DNA of 37,508 nucleotides from Candidatus Woesearchaeota archaeon (GCA_964653965.1 CAZZFU010000002.1:1-37508); one strand, 5' to 3'. Shown: positions 24,111 to 32,637, counted from the stretch's first letter. Program-made: numbers and translations. Notes: a model not told the origin generated them from the sequence alone.

Positions 24111-25529
24111 ATGGCAAAGAAATTTTATGTTACAACACCGATATATTATCCAAATGACGTGCCTCATATAGGGCATGCATATACAACAATTGTAGCTGAT
24201 GCTTTGGCTCGTTGGCATAAATTAAAGGGAGATAGAGTCAGATTTTTAACTGGAACAGATGAACATGGAAGAAAGGTTCAAAAAACTGCTGAAAAAGCAG
24301 GAAAATCTCCAAAAGAATTTGTAGATAGTTTGATTCCTGAATTTAAATCTGCTTGGAAAAAATTGAATATTAAATATGATAGATTTATTCGAACAACAGA
24401 TAAAGACCATGAGAAAAAAGTTCAAGAAGTTTTGCAAAAAGTATATGATAATGGAGACATATATTTAGGAAAATATGAAGGATATTATTGTACTGATTGT
24501 GAAGCATATTATACAGAAAAAGATTTAGAAGAAGGAAAATGCCCCATTCATAAGAAAAAAGTTGATAAATTAAAAGAACCGAGTTATTTTTTTAGATTAA
24601 GTAAATATTCAGATAAATTACTTGAGTTATATTCCAAAAATCCAGAACTTATTTTACCTAAATTTAGAAGAAATGAAGTTATAAGTAGGATTAAAGAAGG
24701 TTTGCAAGATTTAAGTATTTCACGAACAAGTTTTTCTTGGGGAATTCCCTTGCTTTTTGATAAAAAACATGTTGCTTATGTTTGGTTTGATGCTTTGTTA
24801 AATTATGTTTCTGGTGCTAAAGGTTTTTGGCCTGCGGATGTTCATTTAATTGGAAAAGATATTTTATGGTTTCATACAGTAATTTGGCATTCAATATTAT
24901 TATCTGCTGGATTAGAGTTACCTAAAACTGTTTTTGCACATGGTTGGTGGACTTTTGATAAAGAAAAAATTTCAAAATCTCGGGGAAAAGTCATTAATGT
25001 GAATGAATTAATAAAAATTGCAGGAGTAGATAGTGCAAGATATTTCTTATTTAGAGAAACTCCTTTTGGAGAAGATGGTGATTTTTCTGAAAAAGCTTTA
25101 ATTGCAAGACATAATAATGAGCTTGCAAATAAATTAGGAAATTTAGTGAGTAGAGTTGTTGGATTGATTGGAGAGAGGAAATTGGGAGAAGTTAAAGTTG
25201 ATATACATGTATCAAATGTTATAAGAAGGATTAGTAAATTAATTGAAAACTTTAAATTTGATAAAGCTTTGAATGAAATCTTTGCATTTATTGATACTTT
25301 AAACCAATTTATACAAGATAAGAAACTTTGGGAGAATAAAAATGAAAAAGATCTTTATGAACTAGTTACAGGAATAAGATTAGTCGCTGTTCTTCTTTGG
25401 CCATTCATTCCTGAAACATCAGAGAAAATTGCAAAGATATTTGGATTTAAAATTTCTTTAGATGAAATTAAAAAACCCTTAAAAACAATAAGAATTAAGA
25501 AAGCAGAAATTTTATTTAAAAAGATTTAA
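24111..25529 (+). CDS. metG: Methionyl-tRNA synthetase, catalytic core only (no C-terminal tRNA-binding domain)
   Basis: YVTTPIYYPNDVPHIGHAYT (HIGH), CTDCE...CPIH zinc knuckle, KISKSRG (KMSKS). It ends after the anticodon-binding helices at 472 aa. Confidence 0.93.
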   Translation: MAKKFYVTTPIYYPNDVPHIGHAYTTIVADALARWHKLKGDRVRFLTGTDEHGRKVQKTAEKAGKSPKEFVDSLIPEFKSAWKKLNIKYDRFIRTTDKDHEKKVQEVLQKVYDNGDIYLGKYEGYYCTDCEAYYTEKDLEEGKCPIHKKKVDKLKEPSYFFRLSKYSDKLLELYSKNPELILPKFRRNEVISRIKEGLQDLSISRTSFSWGIPLLFDKKHVAYVWFDALLNYVSGAKGFWPADVHLIGKDILWFHTVIWHSILLSAGLELPKTVFAHGWWTFDKEKISKSRGKVINVNELIKIAGVDSARYFLFRETPFGEDGDFSEKALIARHNNELANKLGNLVSRVVGLIGERKLGEVKVDIHVSNVIRRISKLIENFKFDKALNEIFAFIDTLNQFIQDKKLWENKNEKDLYELVTGIRLVAVLLWPFIPETSEKIAKIFGFKISLDEIKKPLKTIRIKKAEILFKKI

Positions 25530-25870
25530 GTAATTTTACTTCCTATTTCTATATCTGCATCTGGTTGAAGAAGTCTAACTTTTTGTTCATTTCCTTCTTC
25601 ATCATAAGAAACAGCAGCTAAAATCATTCCTTGACTTTCAACACCTCTTAATTTTTTATGCTCTAAATTTGTAAAGACAATACATTTCTTGTTTTTTAGT
25701 TCATCTTTTGAATAAAATTCTTTTAATCCTGCGACCAATGTTCTTTTTTCTTTTCCAAGATTTATTGTTAATTTATATAATTTATCAGCTCCTTCAATAT
25801 TCTCTATTTTTATTATTTCTCCAACTCTTAAATCTAATTTTTGCCAATCTTTGAATTGAATTTCTTCCAT
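25526..25870 (-). CDS. Stand-alone tRNA-binding domain protein (Trbp111/CsaA/MetRS C-terminal-like)
   Basis: LDLRVGEIIKIENIEGADKLYKLTINLGKEKRTLVAGLKEFY...KKLRGVESQGMILAA is an OB-fold tRNA-binding domain signature. It converges on metG, sharing TTAA at 25526-25529. Confidence 0.85.
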   Translation of the reverse strand: MEEIQFKDWQKLDLRVGEIIKIENIEGADKLYKLTINLGKEKRTLVAGLKEFYSKDELKNKKCIVFTNLEHKKLRGVESQGMILAAVSYDEEGNEQKVRLLQPDADIEIGSKIT

Positions 25871-25880
25871 TTTAAAATTT

Positions 25881-26657
25881 TTAATTTGTAAATCCTAATT
25901 TTTTAAGAAATTGTTTTAAAACTCTTTCTCTGTCTTTTTTAGAATCATAAACTTCATCAATTAATCTTGCAGCAATTTCTTTATAGGCTCTTGAAGGTTT
26001 GCTTTTTGGATATAAATGAACTATTGCATCTTTTTTACTTAAAGCTCTTTGAATATCTAAATCTTCAGGAATCATCCCTAAAATTGGAACTTCTAGCATT
26101 TCTTTTACTATTTCTGCTTGCATTTCAATTTTGTTCTTTTTGACACGAGTTACAATTACCCCTAAAATAGGTTTCTTATTTTGTTCTGCAAGTTTAATGG
26201 CTTTTAATGCATCTACAATTGCAGGCATTTCTGGATTTGTAACTATAATTAATTCATCAGCTATATCAATTACTGCTTGGACTTCTAAACCTAATCCAGC
26301 ACCACTATCAACTATTATGTAATCTGCAAATTCTGAAAAATTCTTTTTGAAATCTTTTAATTTTTCTATTTTTATTTTTTTTAATTCTTTTATTGATAAA
26401 GAAGAAGGAAGAATCTTTAATCCTGATTCATGCTCATATATTGCTTCAGAAATATCTGCTTTTCCTGATAAAACATGATTAAGGTTTATTGGAACTTCTG
26501 GAGAATTTAAGTGAATTCCTATATTAGGAGTAGAGAGATTTGCATCAATAACTAAGACATCTTTCCCAAAATGATTTAGAGCTGCACCTAAATTAATTGC
26601 GGTTGTTGTTTTTCCAACACCTCCTTTTCCAGAAGTTATAACCACTATTTTCTGCAT
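25881..26657 (-). CDS. minD: MinD/ParA-family ATPase (archaeal MinD)
   Basis: Deviant Walker A motif in VVITSGKGGVGKTTTAINLG, Walker B IIVDSGAG, NPEMPAIVDALK. Confidence 0.88.
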   Translation of the reverse strand: MQKIVVITSGKGGVGKTTTAINLGAALNHFGKDVLVIDANLSTPNIGIHLNSPEVPINLNHVLSGKADISEAIYEHESGLKILPSSLSIKELKKIKIEKLKDFKKNFSEFADYIIVDSGAGLGLEVQAVIDIADELIIVTNPEMPAIVDALKAIKLAEQNKKPILGVIVTRVKKNKIEMQAEIVKEMLEVPILGMIPEDLDIQRALSKKDAIVHLYPKSKPSRAYKEIAARLIDEVYDSKKDRERVLKQFLKKLGFTN

Positions 26658-26726
26658 TTTATTTCTATAAGAAGCTTTTAATGCTTATTCTTTTTAAATT
26701 TTCAACAATTTAATAATGTTTTGGTG

Positions 26727-27170
26727 TTATTTATTTAATAGAAATTGTTTTGTAGTACTTATAAATTTCTCTAATAAATCAGCATATATCTTTAATTTTT
26801 CTAAATTAACATTTATTTCTTTTCCTTTATAAAAAATCTTTAAAGTAACGTTTTTTCTAAATTCTCCTATTCTTTCTTTTCTTAAGTCTTCGACTTTTCT
26901 TAGCATTTCATATAAATCAATTACTTCTAAAAACTCTTTATTTTTTTTGAAAAGTTTTCTAATTTGTTCTATTTTTCCTACGACATTTGAAGAAACAGAA
27001 GGTATCTTTTTTTTCTTTTTTCCATGTTTTAATATTTCATTGATACTTGTTTCAATCATTTTTCTCCATCTAAGGAGCAAATTAAGAATTACATCACAAG
27101 TTTTAGTGTATTTCAAACTAACATAAAGTAGATGATCTGCACTAATTTTCTCTTGAATAATATCTTCCAT
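26727..27170 (-). CDS. Hypothetical helical protein, paralog of 27220..27684
   Basis: Shares ISADHLLYVS...INEIL and a C-terminal ...LEKLK...LL.K with its neighbour (ISTAGHLLYVT...INAIL ... LEKVKNFLESSKILLKK). Confidence 0.5.
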   Translation of the reverse strand: MEDIIQEKISADHLLYVSLKYTKTCDVILNLLLRWRKMIETSINEILKHGKKKKKIPSVSSNVVGKIEQIRKLFKKNKEFLEVIDLYEMLRKVEDLRKERIGEFRKNVTLKIFYKGKEINVNLEKLKIYADLLEKFISTTKQFLLNK

Positions 27171-27219
27171 CTTTTTTTAATTAGAAGTAAAAATAACTAC
27201 GATTACTAGGTTTTTATAT

Positions 27220-27684
27220 TTATCTCAAAATTGTGTCTTTTGCTTTTTTGAGCAAAATTTTAGAAGATTCAAGAAAATTTTTAACTTTTTCTAAAGTTAT
27301 TGTTTCAGAATTCATATTCTCAGATAAAATTACAACTTTTTCTTCTTTTACAAATTCCATTGGACTTGTTTTATGCTTTTCAACAATTTCAAATAATTTT
27401 ACTATTTTTTTAATATCTTTTTCTGAAATATTATATCTTGGACAACATTTTTCTATAAATTTCTTAAAATTTATTTTTGCATCATTTGATAATCTAACTC
27501 TTCCATATAAATATTCATATTGTAATATTGCATTTATACAACTAGCAATTCCAATTTTTATTTCTGTTAGAATTTTTAATAAAAGTCTTTTGTCATTAAC
27601 TAAAGGATAAGTTACATATAATAAATGACCTGCTGTTGATATTTTTTTCTCTGATTTTTCTAGATTTTCAAAGATTTTTCCCAT
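27220..27684 (-). CDS. Hypothetical helical protein, paralog of 26727..27170
   Basis: See the paralog entry. 154 aa, predicted to be all-helical by eye. Confidence 0.5.
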   Translation of the reverse strand: MGKIFENLEKSEKKISTAGHLLYVTYPLVNDKRLLLKILTEIKIGIASCINAILQYEYLYGRVRLSNDAKINFKKFIEKCCPRYNISEKDIKKIVKLFEIVEKHKTSPMEFVKEEKVVILSENMNSETITLEKVKNFLESSKILLKKAKDTILR

Positions 27685-27729
27685 GTTTTTTAGAAGTATT
27701 TGAAATTAATATGGATTTTGGTGGCAGAA

Positions 27730-27930
27730 TTATGCATTAAAGATTATTTCTGCAGATTTTTTCCTACTCGATGTTTGATTTATTTTATGTTTTCTTTCCG
27801 CCTTAATCATTTTTCTTGCAATTCCGCTGTTAATTGTTTGAGATTCTTCAACAGATAATTCTTCATATTTTCCTTCTTTTCTTAATCTTTTGTATATCTC
27901 TTCTGTTATGTTTCTTAATGTATAATCCAT
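27730..27930 (-). CDS. Small basic protein, possibly ribbon-helix-helix
   Basis: MDYTLRNITEEIYKRLRKEG (a beta-strand then helix pattern like CopG/Arc), then a basic tail. The start lies 1 nt after the nac stop, which suggests translational coupling. Confidence 0.35.
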   Translation of the reverse strand: MDYTLRNITEEIYKRLRKEGKYEELSVEESQTINSGIARKMIKAERKHKINQTSSRKKSAEIIFNA

Positions 27931-27931
27931 T

Positions 27932-28261
27932 TTAACTCAGCTCTAAAATAGCTTCAGCAAGATCATCTGTTTTTTCTAGAGTTTCTTTTGCTTTTTCTTT
28001 TGAAACTCCTGTTTTTTCTACAATTGTTTGAATATCTTGCTCTGAAATTCCTACTTCTGCTGTTTCTTCAGAAATGTCTCCAGCAATTTGAAAAGTTTCT
28101 TGTCCTTGCATTTTTATTTTAGTTACAGAAGGATTTTCAATAATTAGTTTTTTATTGTCTGTTTTTTCAATAATTACTCTTGAAGCAGAGATTTCTTCTT
28201 GAGAAATTCCCATTTGTTTCATCATAGCTTGCATTTTTTTAGGATTTAGTCCACTGAACAT
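27932..28261 (-). CDS. nac: Nascent polypeptide-associated complex protein (archaeal NAC alpha)
   Basis: NPKKMQAMMKQMGI, a NAC beta-barrel segment (VIIEKTDNKKLIIENPSVTKIKMQGQETFQI), and a C-terminal UBA-like IQTIVEKTGVSKEKAKETLEKTDDLAEAILEL. Confidence 0.85.
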   Translation of the reverse strand: MFSGLNPKKMQAMMKQMGISQEEISASRVIIEKTDNKKLIIENPSVTKIKMQGQETFQIAGDISEETAEVGISEQDIQTIVEKTGVSKEKAKETLEKTDDLAEAILELS

Positions 28262-28309
28262 GTTTTAGTAACAGAGAAAGAGTTTTTATGTTTTTTGATG
28301 ATTTATCTT

Positions 28310-28338
28310 CCACCATTCCCTCCACCTCCACACAAGTC
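28310..28338 (+). repeat. C-rich motif copy B (CCACCATTCCCTCCACCTCCACACAAGTC)
   Basis: Lies between sec61beta and nac. The minus strand reads GTGTGGAGGTGGAGGGAATGGTGG (SD-like GGAGGT, G-run rich). Confidence 0.6.
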
Positions 28339-28404
28339 AAATTGATTATTATAGAATTAATTTAGAGTAATATTCATTAGCGAGCGTAGCGAGCTTGTAT
28401 GCTA

Positions 28405-28563
28405 TTAAAAGAAAAAAGGCAAAATAACTCTTAGAGCAATTATTAAAATTATGAATATAACTACGTGAGTTGGTTTTAGGTTAATTTTACTTTCATACTC
28501 TTCTGAATATCTCATTAACCCGCCAAATCCAGCAGGCATGTTTATTTTATTATCTGATGCCAT
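28405..28563 (-). CDS. secG: Preprotein translocase subunit Sec61-beta (SecG, archaeal); below the ORF-track size cutoff
   Basis: The minus strand translates to MASDNKINMPAGFGGLMRYSEEYESKINLKPTHVVIFIILIIALRVILPFFF*. This matches the Sec61-beta pattern (G-L-x-R-Y-x-x-E ... K-I-x-x-x-P ... C-terminal TM). GGAGGT lies 6 nt upstream of the ATG. Confidence 0.75.
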   Translation of the reverse strand: MASDNKINMPAGFGGLMRYSEEYESKINLKPTHVVIFIILIIALRVILPFFF

Positions 28564-28594
28564 ATAAAAACCTCCAGCGGGTTTTTATGAATCC
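28562..28594 (-). promoter_or_regulatory. sec61beta translation-initiation region with two mutually exclusive hairpins; 30/33 match to the antisense of the tRNA-Asn intron
   Basis: Minus-strand RNA: GCGGG-AUUCAUAAAAA-CCCGC or AAAAACC-CGCUGGA-GGUUUUU. The second fold places the SD GGAGG in the loop/stem junction. The segment equals + strand 9782-9814 with 3 mismatches. Confidence 0.5.
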
Positions 28595-28643
28595 CGCAAC
28601 CGAGTAATATTAGGAATTTTGAAGACTATTTAAGGTTTTTTAT

Positions 28644-28673
28644 CCCCCTCCATCCTCTCCACCTCCACCAAGC
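28644..28673 (+). repeat. C-rich motif copy C (CCCCCTCCATCCTCTCCACCTCCACCAAGC)
   Basis: Lies in the divergent sec61beta/valS intergenic region. It shares TCCACCTCCAC and CCAT with copy B. Confidence 0.6.
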
Positions 28674-28730
28674 AATTTATTCTATTGTACTTACCCTAAC
28701 TTTTATTAACTAGATTTTTCTTAATTAATT

Positions 28731-31094
28731 ATGAGTGAAAATAATATAGATTTGAAATCAATAGAGGAAAAATGGAGAAAATACTGGGAAAAAGAAGAAA
28801 TTTACAAGTTTAATCCTAATTCTAAAAAGAAAATTTATTCTATTGATACTCCTCCTCCTACTGTTTCAGGGAAGATGCACTTGGGGCATGCATTTAGTTA
28901 TTCTCAACAAGATTTTTTAGTTCGTTATAAGAGAATGAAAGGATTCAATATCTTTTATCCATTTGGAACAGATGATAATGGATTAGCAACTATTAGGTTA
29001 ATTGAAAAAGAAAAAGGAGTTAAGGCATTTGATTTGGGAAGAGAAAAATTTGTTAAACTTGTTTTGGACACTCTTGAAAAAGAACTAAGACCGCAATATA
29101 TTGAAGATTGGAAGAGATTAGGAATGAGTTGTGATTGGGATATTTTTTATACAACAATTGATGAGCATTGTCAAAAACTTTCTCAAGAGAGTTTTATATA
29201 TCTTTACAAACAAGGAAGAGAATATAGAAAAAAAACTCCTTTTTTCTGGTGTCCTGAATGTCAGACTTCAATTGCACAAGTGGAATTAAAAGATAAAACC
29301 CAGAAAAGTAAATTTGTTTATATGAAGTTTGATACTGAAATTGGAGAACCTATTGTAATAGCCACAACAAGACCAGAACTTATGGCTGCTTGTGTTGGAA
29401 TTTTTGTTCATCCTGATGATAAAAGATATAAGAGATTTGTTGGAAAAAAAGCAACAATTCCTTTTTATAACAGAAAAATTGAAATTAAAACAAATAAAGA
29501 TGTTTTGACTGACTTTGGTTCTGGAGTTGTTTATCACTGTACTTTTGGAGATATGGATGATGTAGAATGGATAGATAGAGAAGGAATTGAACCAATAGAA
29601 ATTATAAATAAAGATGGTAAATTGAATAATAAAGCTGGAAAATATAATGGAATGACTATTAAAGAAGCTAGAGGGGCAATAATACAAGACTTAGATGAAG
29701 CAGGGAAAATAGAAAAAATAGAAGAAATAGAGCATGTAGTAAATGTTCATGAAAGGTGCAATACAGAGATTGAGATTTTAATGACAGAACAGTGGTTTAT
29801 TAGATATCTTGATTTAAAAAAAGAAATGTTAAACTGGGGTAATAAGCTTAATTGGTATCCTAAATATATGAAAGTTAGATATGATAATTGGGTTAAGGGT
29901 TTAAAATGGGATTGGAGTATTTCAAGGCAGAGATACTTTGGAGTTCCTATTCCTGTTTGGTATTGCAAAAAATGTAAAAAAGTAATTCTTGCAGATGAAA
30001 AACAACTTCCTGTTGACCCTTTAAAAGATAAACCTTTGAAAAAATGTAAATGTGGAAGCGAAGAATTTATTCCTGAAAAAGATGTTTTAGATACTTGGGC
30101 AACTTCTTCATTAACCCCTCAAATTGCAACAGAACTAATGCCTAAGAAAATACAAGGAAAAATATTTCCAATGTCTTTAAGACCCCAATCTCATGATATT
30201 ATTACTTTTTGGCTCTTTAATACTGTTGTAAAAAGTCAATTGCATGAAGAAGTAAATCCTTGGAAAGATGTTGTTATTTCTGGATTTGTTTTAGATCCTC
30301 ATGGCAAAAAAATGTCTAAAAGCAAAGGAAATGTTATTGAACCTCAACAAGTTATAGAAAAATATAGTGCAGATGCTTTAAGATATTGGGCAGCTTCAAG
30401 TAAACTTGGAGATGATTTGCCTTATCAGGAAAAAGATGTTTTAACTGGTAAAAAAACAATTACAAAAATCCTTAATGCTTCAAGATTTGTTTTTAATAAT
30501 TTAAAGGATTATAAACCAAAAAAAGCACATTTAGCAGAAACAGATAAATTATTTTTAGCAGAATTAAATAAACTAATAAAAAATTGCACAGAAACTTTTG
30601 AAAGATATGAATATTCTAAAGCTAAATTTGAAGCAGACAATTTTTTCTGGAAGATTTTCTGTGACAATTATTTAGAAATTGTTAAAAAAAGAGTTTATAA
30701 TGGAACTAAAAAAGAAAAAGAATCTGCATTTTATACTCTTTATTATTCTTTGTTAGTAATTTTAAAGCTTTTAGCACCTATCATGCCATTTATTACAGAG
30801 GAAATGTATCAAAAATATTATAAAAAATATGAGAAAGAAAAGAGTATTCATTTATGTGAGTGGCCAAAAGAATCAAAAATTCATACTAAAGCAGGAATTC
30901 TTGATTTAATGATAAAAATAATTTCAAAAATTAGAAAAGAAAAAACAAAAGCTAAAAAACCAATGAATAGTGAAATTAAATTAACACTGGATAAAAGAGA
31001 TAAATCTAAATTAAAGCATGTTTTAGATGATTTGAAAAATGTAACAAATGCAACTGAAATTAAAGAAGGTAAATTTAAAGTGGAGTTTGTTTGA
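28731..31094 (+). CDS. valS: Valyl-tRNA synthetase (archaeal type)
   Basis: IDTPPPTVSGKMHLGHAFSYSQQDFLVRYKRMKGFNIFYPFGTDDNGLAT (HIGH region typical of archaeal-type ValRS), an editing-domain insert, and KMSKSKGN. At 787 aa it is too short for IleRS or LeuRS. Confidence 0.82.
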   Translation: MSENNIDLKSIEEKWRKYWEKEEIYKFNPNSKKKIYSIDTPPPTVSGKMHLGHAFSYSQQDFLVRYKRMKGFNIFYPFGTDDNGLATIRLIEKEKGVKAFDLGREKFVKLVLDTLEKELRPQYIEDWKRLGMSCDWDIFYTTIDEHCQKLSQESFIYLYKQGREYRKKTPFFWCPECQTSIAQVELKDKTQKSKFVYMKFDTEIGEPIVIATTRPELMAACVGIFVHPDDKRYKRFVGKKATIPFYNRKIEIKTNKDVLTDFGSGVVYHCTFGDMDDVEWIDREGIEPIEIINKDGKLNNKAGKYNGMTIKEARGAIIQDLDEAGKIEKIEEIEHVVNVHERCNTEIEILMTEQWFIRYLDLKKEMLNWGNKLNWYPKYMKVRYDNWVKGLKWDWSISRQRYFGVPIPVWYCKKCKKVILADEKQLPVDPLKDKPLKKCKCGSEEFIPEKDVLDTWATSSLTPQIATELMPKKIQGKIFPMSLRPQSHDIITFWLFNTVVKSQLHEEVNPWKDVVISGFVLDPHGKKMSKSKGNVIEPQQVIEKYSADALRYWAASSKLGDDLPYQEKDVLTGKKTITKILNASRFVFNNLKDYKPKKAHLAETDKLFLAELNKLIKNCTETFERYEYSKAKFEADNFFWKIFCDNYLEIVKKRVYNGTKKEKESAFYTLYYSLLVILKLLAPIMPFITEEMYQKYYKKYEKEKSIHLCEWPKESKIHTKAGILDLMIKIISKIRKEKTKAKKPMNSEIKLTLDKRDKSKLKHVLDDLKNVTNATEIKEGKFKVEFV

Positions 31095-31132
31095 ATATAA
31101 ATTTATTTAAATTATATTTTATTGATTTAGAT

Positions 31133-31510
31133 ATGAGTTTAAGAGATTTATTGGACGCAGAAGTTATTGGATTTGTGCTTTTAGGGATTGGATCGCTTCA
31201 TTACATTGGTTCTCTTAGTTATGAGGTTTTTCAGACTAAACTTTCTTTTTTGAAAGAAAGCTTTAAAGATACACAAAATTGGGAAAAGTATATAGATAAA
31301 CTTTTATCAGAAGAAAAATTGCCAGAAAATAATCCTAAATTGTTGGATGCTAAACAATATGTAATTAAAAAATATAAATCTCTTTTAGATAAAAAAGTAT
31401 CAAAATCCCTTCTTTTTACTCGTCCACTTTTTTATTTTCAGGTAAAAAAAGAATTTGATTATATTAAAGAAGAAAGTGAAAAAAGATTAAACGAATTACA
31501 AGCAGCTTAA
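31133..31510 (+). CDS. Hypothetical protein with one N-terminal hydrophobic segment
   Basis: First ATG inside the track ORF, whose own start at 31091 is TTG. No recognised motif. Confidence 0.4.
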   Translation: MSLRDLLDAEVIGFVLLGIGSLHYIGSLSYEVFQTKLSFLKESFKDTQNWEKYIDKLLSEEKLPENNPKLLDAKQYVIKKYKSLLDKKVSKSLLFTRPLFYFQVKKEFDYIKEESEKRLNELQAA

Positions 31511-31548
31511 TTAACTAATTTTATAAACTAATAATTACTTTTTCTTTT

Positions 31549-32637
31549 ATGGCAATAACAAAAGATGAACTTGAAGAAGTTCTTGAAGAACTTGAGCAAC
31601 ATAAAGGAAGACATACAGAATTAATTACTGTATATATATCTGCAGGTTATGACGTAAATGCAGTTCAAAGGCAGCTTGAGGCAGAAAAATCAACTGCTAA
31701 AAACATTAAATCAACTTCCACAAGAAAAAATGTAAGTGATGCTCTTGATAAAATCGTGAGGCATCTAAAGACTTTGAAGAAGACTCCTGAGAATGGATTA
31801 GCTTTGTTTTGTGGAAACATTTCAAAAGTTGAAGGACAACAGGATTTGCAATTATGGGATATTGAACCTCCATTCCCAATTAAGATGAGGCTATATAGAT
31901 GTGATAAAGAATTTGTTCTCGAACCTTTAAGAGAGATGCTCGAAGTTTCTGAAGTTTTTGGTTTATTAGTTATGGATAGAAAAGAAGCAACAATTGGTTT
32001 GTTAGAAGGAAAAAGAATAGATGTTCTTCAAAAAATGACTTCTGGAGTTCCTAGCAAAGTTAGAGCAGGAGGACAATCGAGTCAAAGATTTCATAGAATA
32101 ACAGAAGGTTTGACAAAAGATTTTTATAAAAGAATTGCAAATGAAATGAAGAAAATATTTTTTGAAATGCCAAAACTAAAAGGAATTTTAATTGGAGGCC
32201 CTATTCCTACTAAAGATGAATTTATTGATAATGAATATTTAGCTACTCAATTAAGAGAGAAAATAATTGGAAAAGTTGATATTGGAGATACTGATGAATC
32301 TGGTTTAAAAGAACTTGTTGAGAAATCTCAGGATATTTTATCTAATCAAGAAATAATTCACGAGAAAAAATTAATGGAAAGATTTTTTGAAACTTTAGGA
32401 GAAAAACCAGAAATGGCAACTTTAAAAGAGCCTGATACAAGGCAAGCTTTAGAATATGGAGCTGTTGAAACTTTGTTTGTTTCTGGAGCACTAGATTTTA
32501 GACCAAAAGTTAAAGAATTAAGGCCTTTGGCAGAGAATATTGGAGCTAATGTAGAAATAATATCAATAGAGACTGAAGAAGGACAGCAATTTTATAATCT
32601 TGGCGGAATTGGAGCTATTTTGAGATATAAACTTTAG
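31549..32637 (+). CDS. prf1: Peptide chain release factor aRF1
   Basis: NIKS (TAKNIKSTS), YxCxxxF (YRCDKEF), GGQ (RAGGQSSQRF), and C-terminal GGIGAILRY. Confidence 0.93.
   Translation: MAITKDELEEVLEELEQHKGRHTELITVYISAGYDVNAVQRQLEAEKSTAKNIKSTSTRKNVSDALDKIVRHLKTLKKTPENGLALFCGNISKVEGQQDLQLWDIEPPFPIKMRLYRCDKEFVLEPLREMLEVSEVFGLLVMDRKEATIGLLEGKRIDVLQKMTSGVPSKVRAGGQSSQRFHRITEGLTKDFYKRIANEMKKIFFEMPKLKGILIGGPIPTKDEFIDNEYLATQLREKIIGKVDIGDTDESGLKELVEKSQDILSNQEIIHEKKLMERFFETLGEKPEMATLKEPDTRQALEYGAVETLFVSGALDFRPKVKELRPLAENIGANVEIISIETEEGQQFYNLGGIGAILRYKL

Noticed and set aside
27233-27610. 125-aa plus-strand ORF overlapping the 27220..27684 gene
   Set aside because: It is a shadow ORF. The minus-strand frame has a paralog next door that supports it as the real gene.
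28296-28301. TGATGA (C-box-like) in the nac/sec61beta spacer, as a possible C/D box sRNA
   Set aside because: There is no CTGA D-box at an appropriate distance and no C'/D' pair or terminal stem; the nearest CTGA is about 200 nt away, inside sec61beta.
28379-28396. GC-rich direct repeat TAGCGAGC-G-TAGCGAGC just downstream of the sec61beta stop
   Set aside because: It is too short to interpret, with two 8-nt units, no palindrome and no second copy in the window. It could be a terminator-proximal protein site, but I cannot support a call.
29286-29968. Two minus-strand ORFs (29286-29687, 29747-29968) inside valS
   Set aside because: They are antisense to the conserved ValRS editing and catalytic regions and give low-complexity products.
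31549-32637. aRF1 is only 362 aa, which could suggest a truncated or recoded release factor
   Set aside because: NIKS, YxCxxxF and GGQ are all intact. All three stop codons terminate clear genes in the window. The shortness is explained by a compact C-domain, so there is no evidence of codon reassignment.
32634-32637. Convergent genes sharing stop-codon nucleotides (TTAA at 25526-25529; TTAG at 32634-32637)
   Set aside because: This is a real observation, but genome compaction explains it best. It is noted under the MetRS finding and not treated as a separate system.
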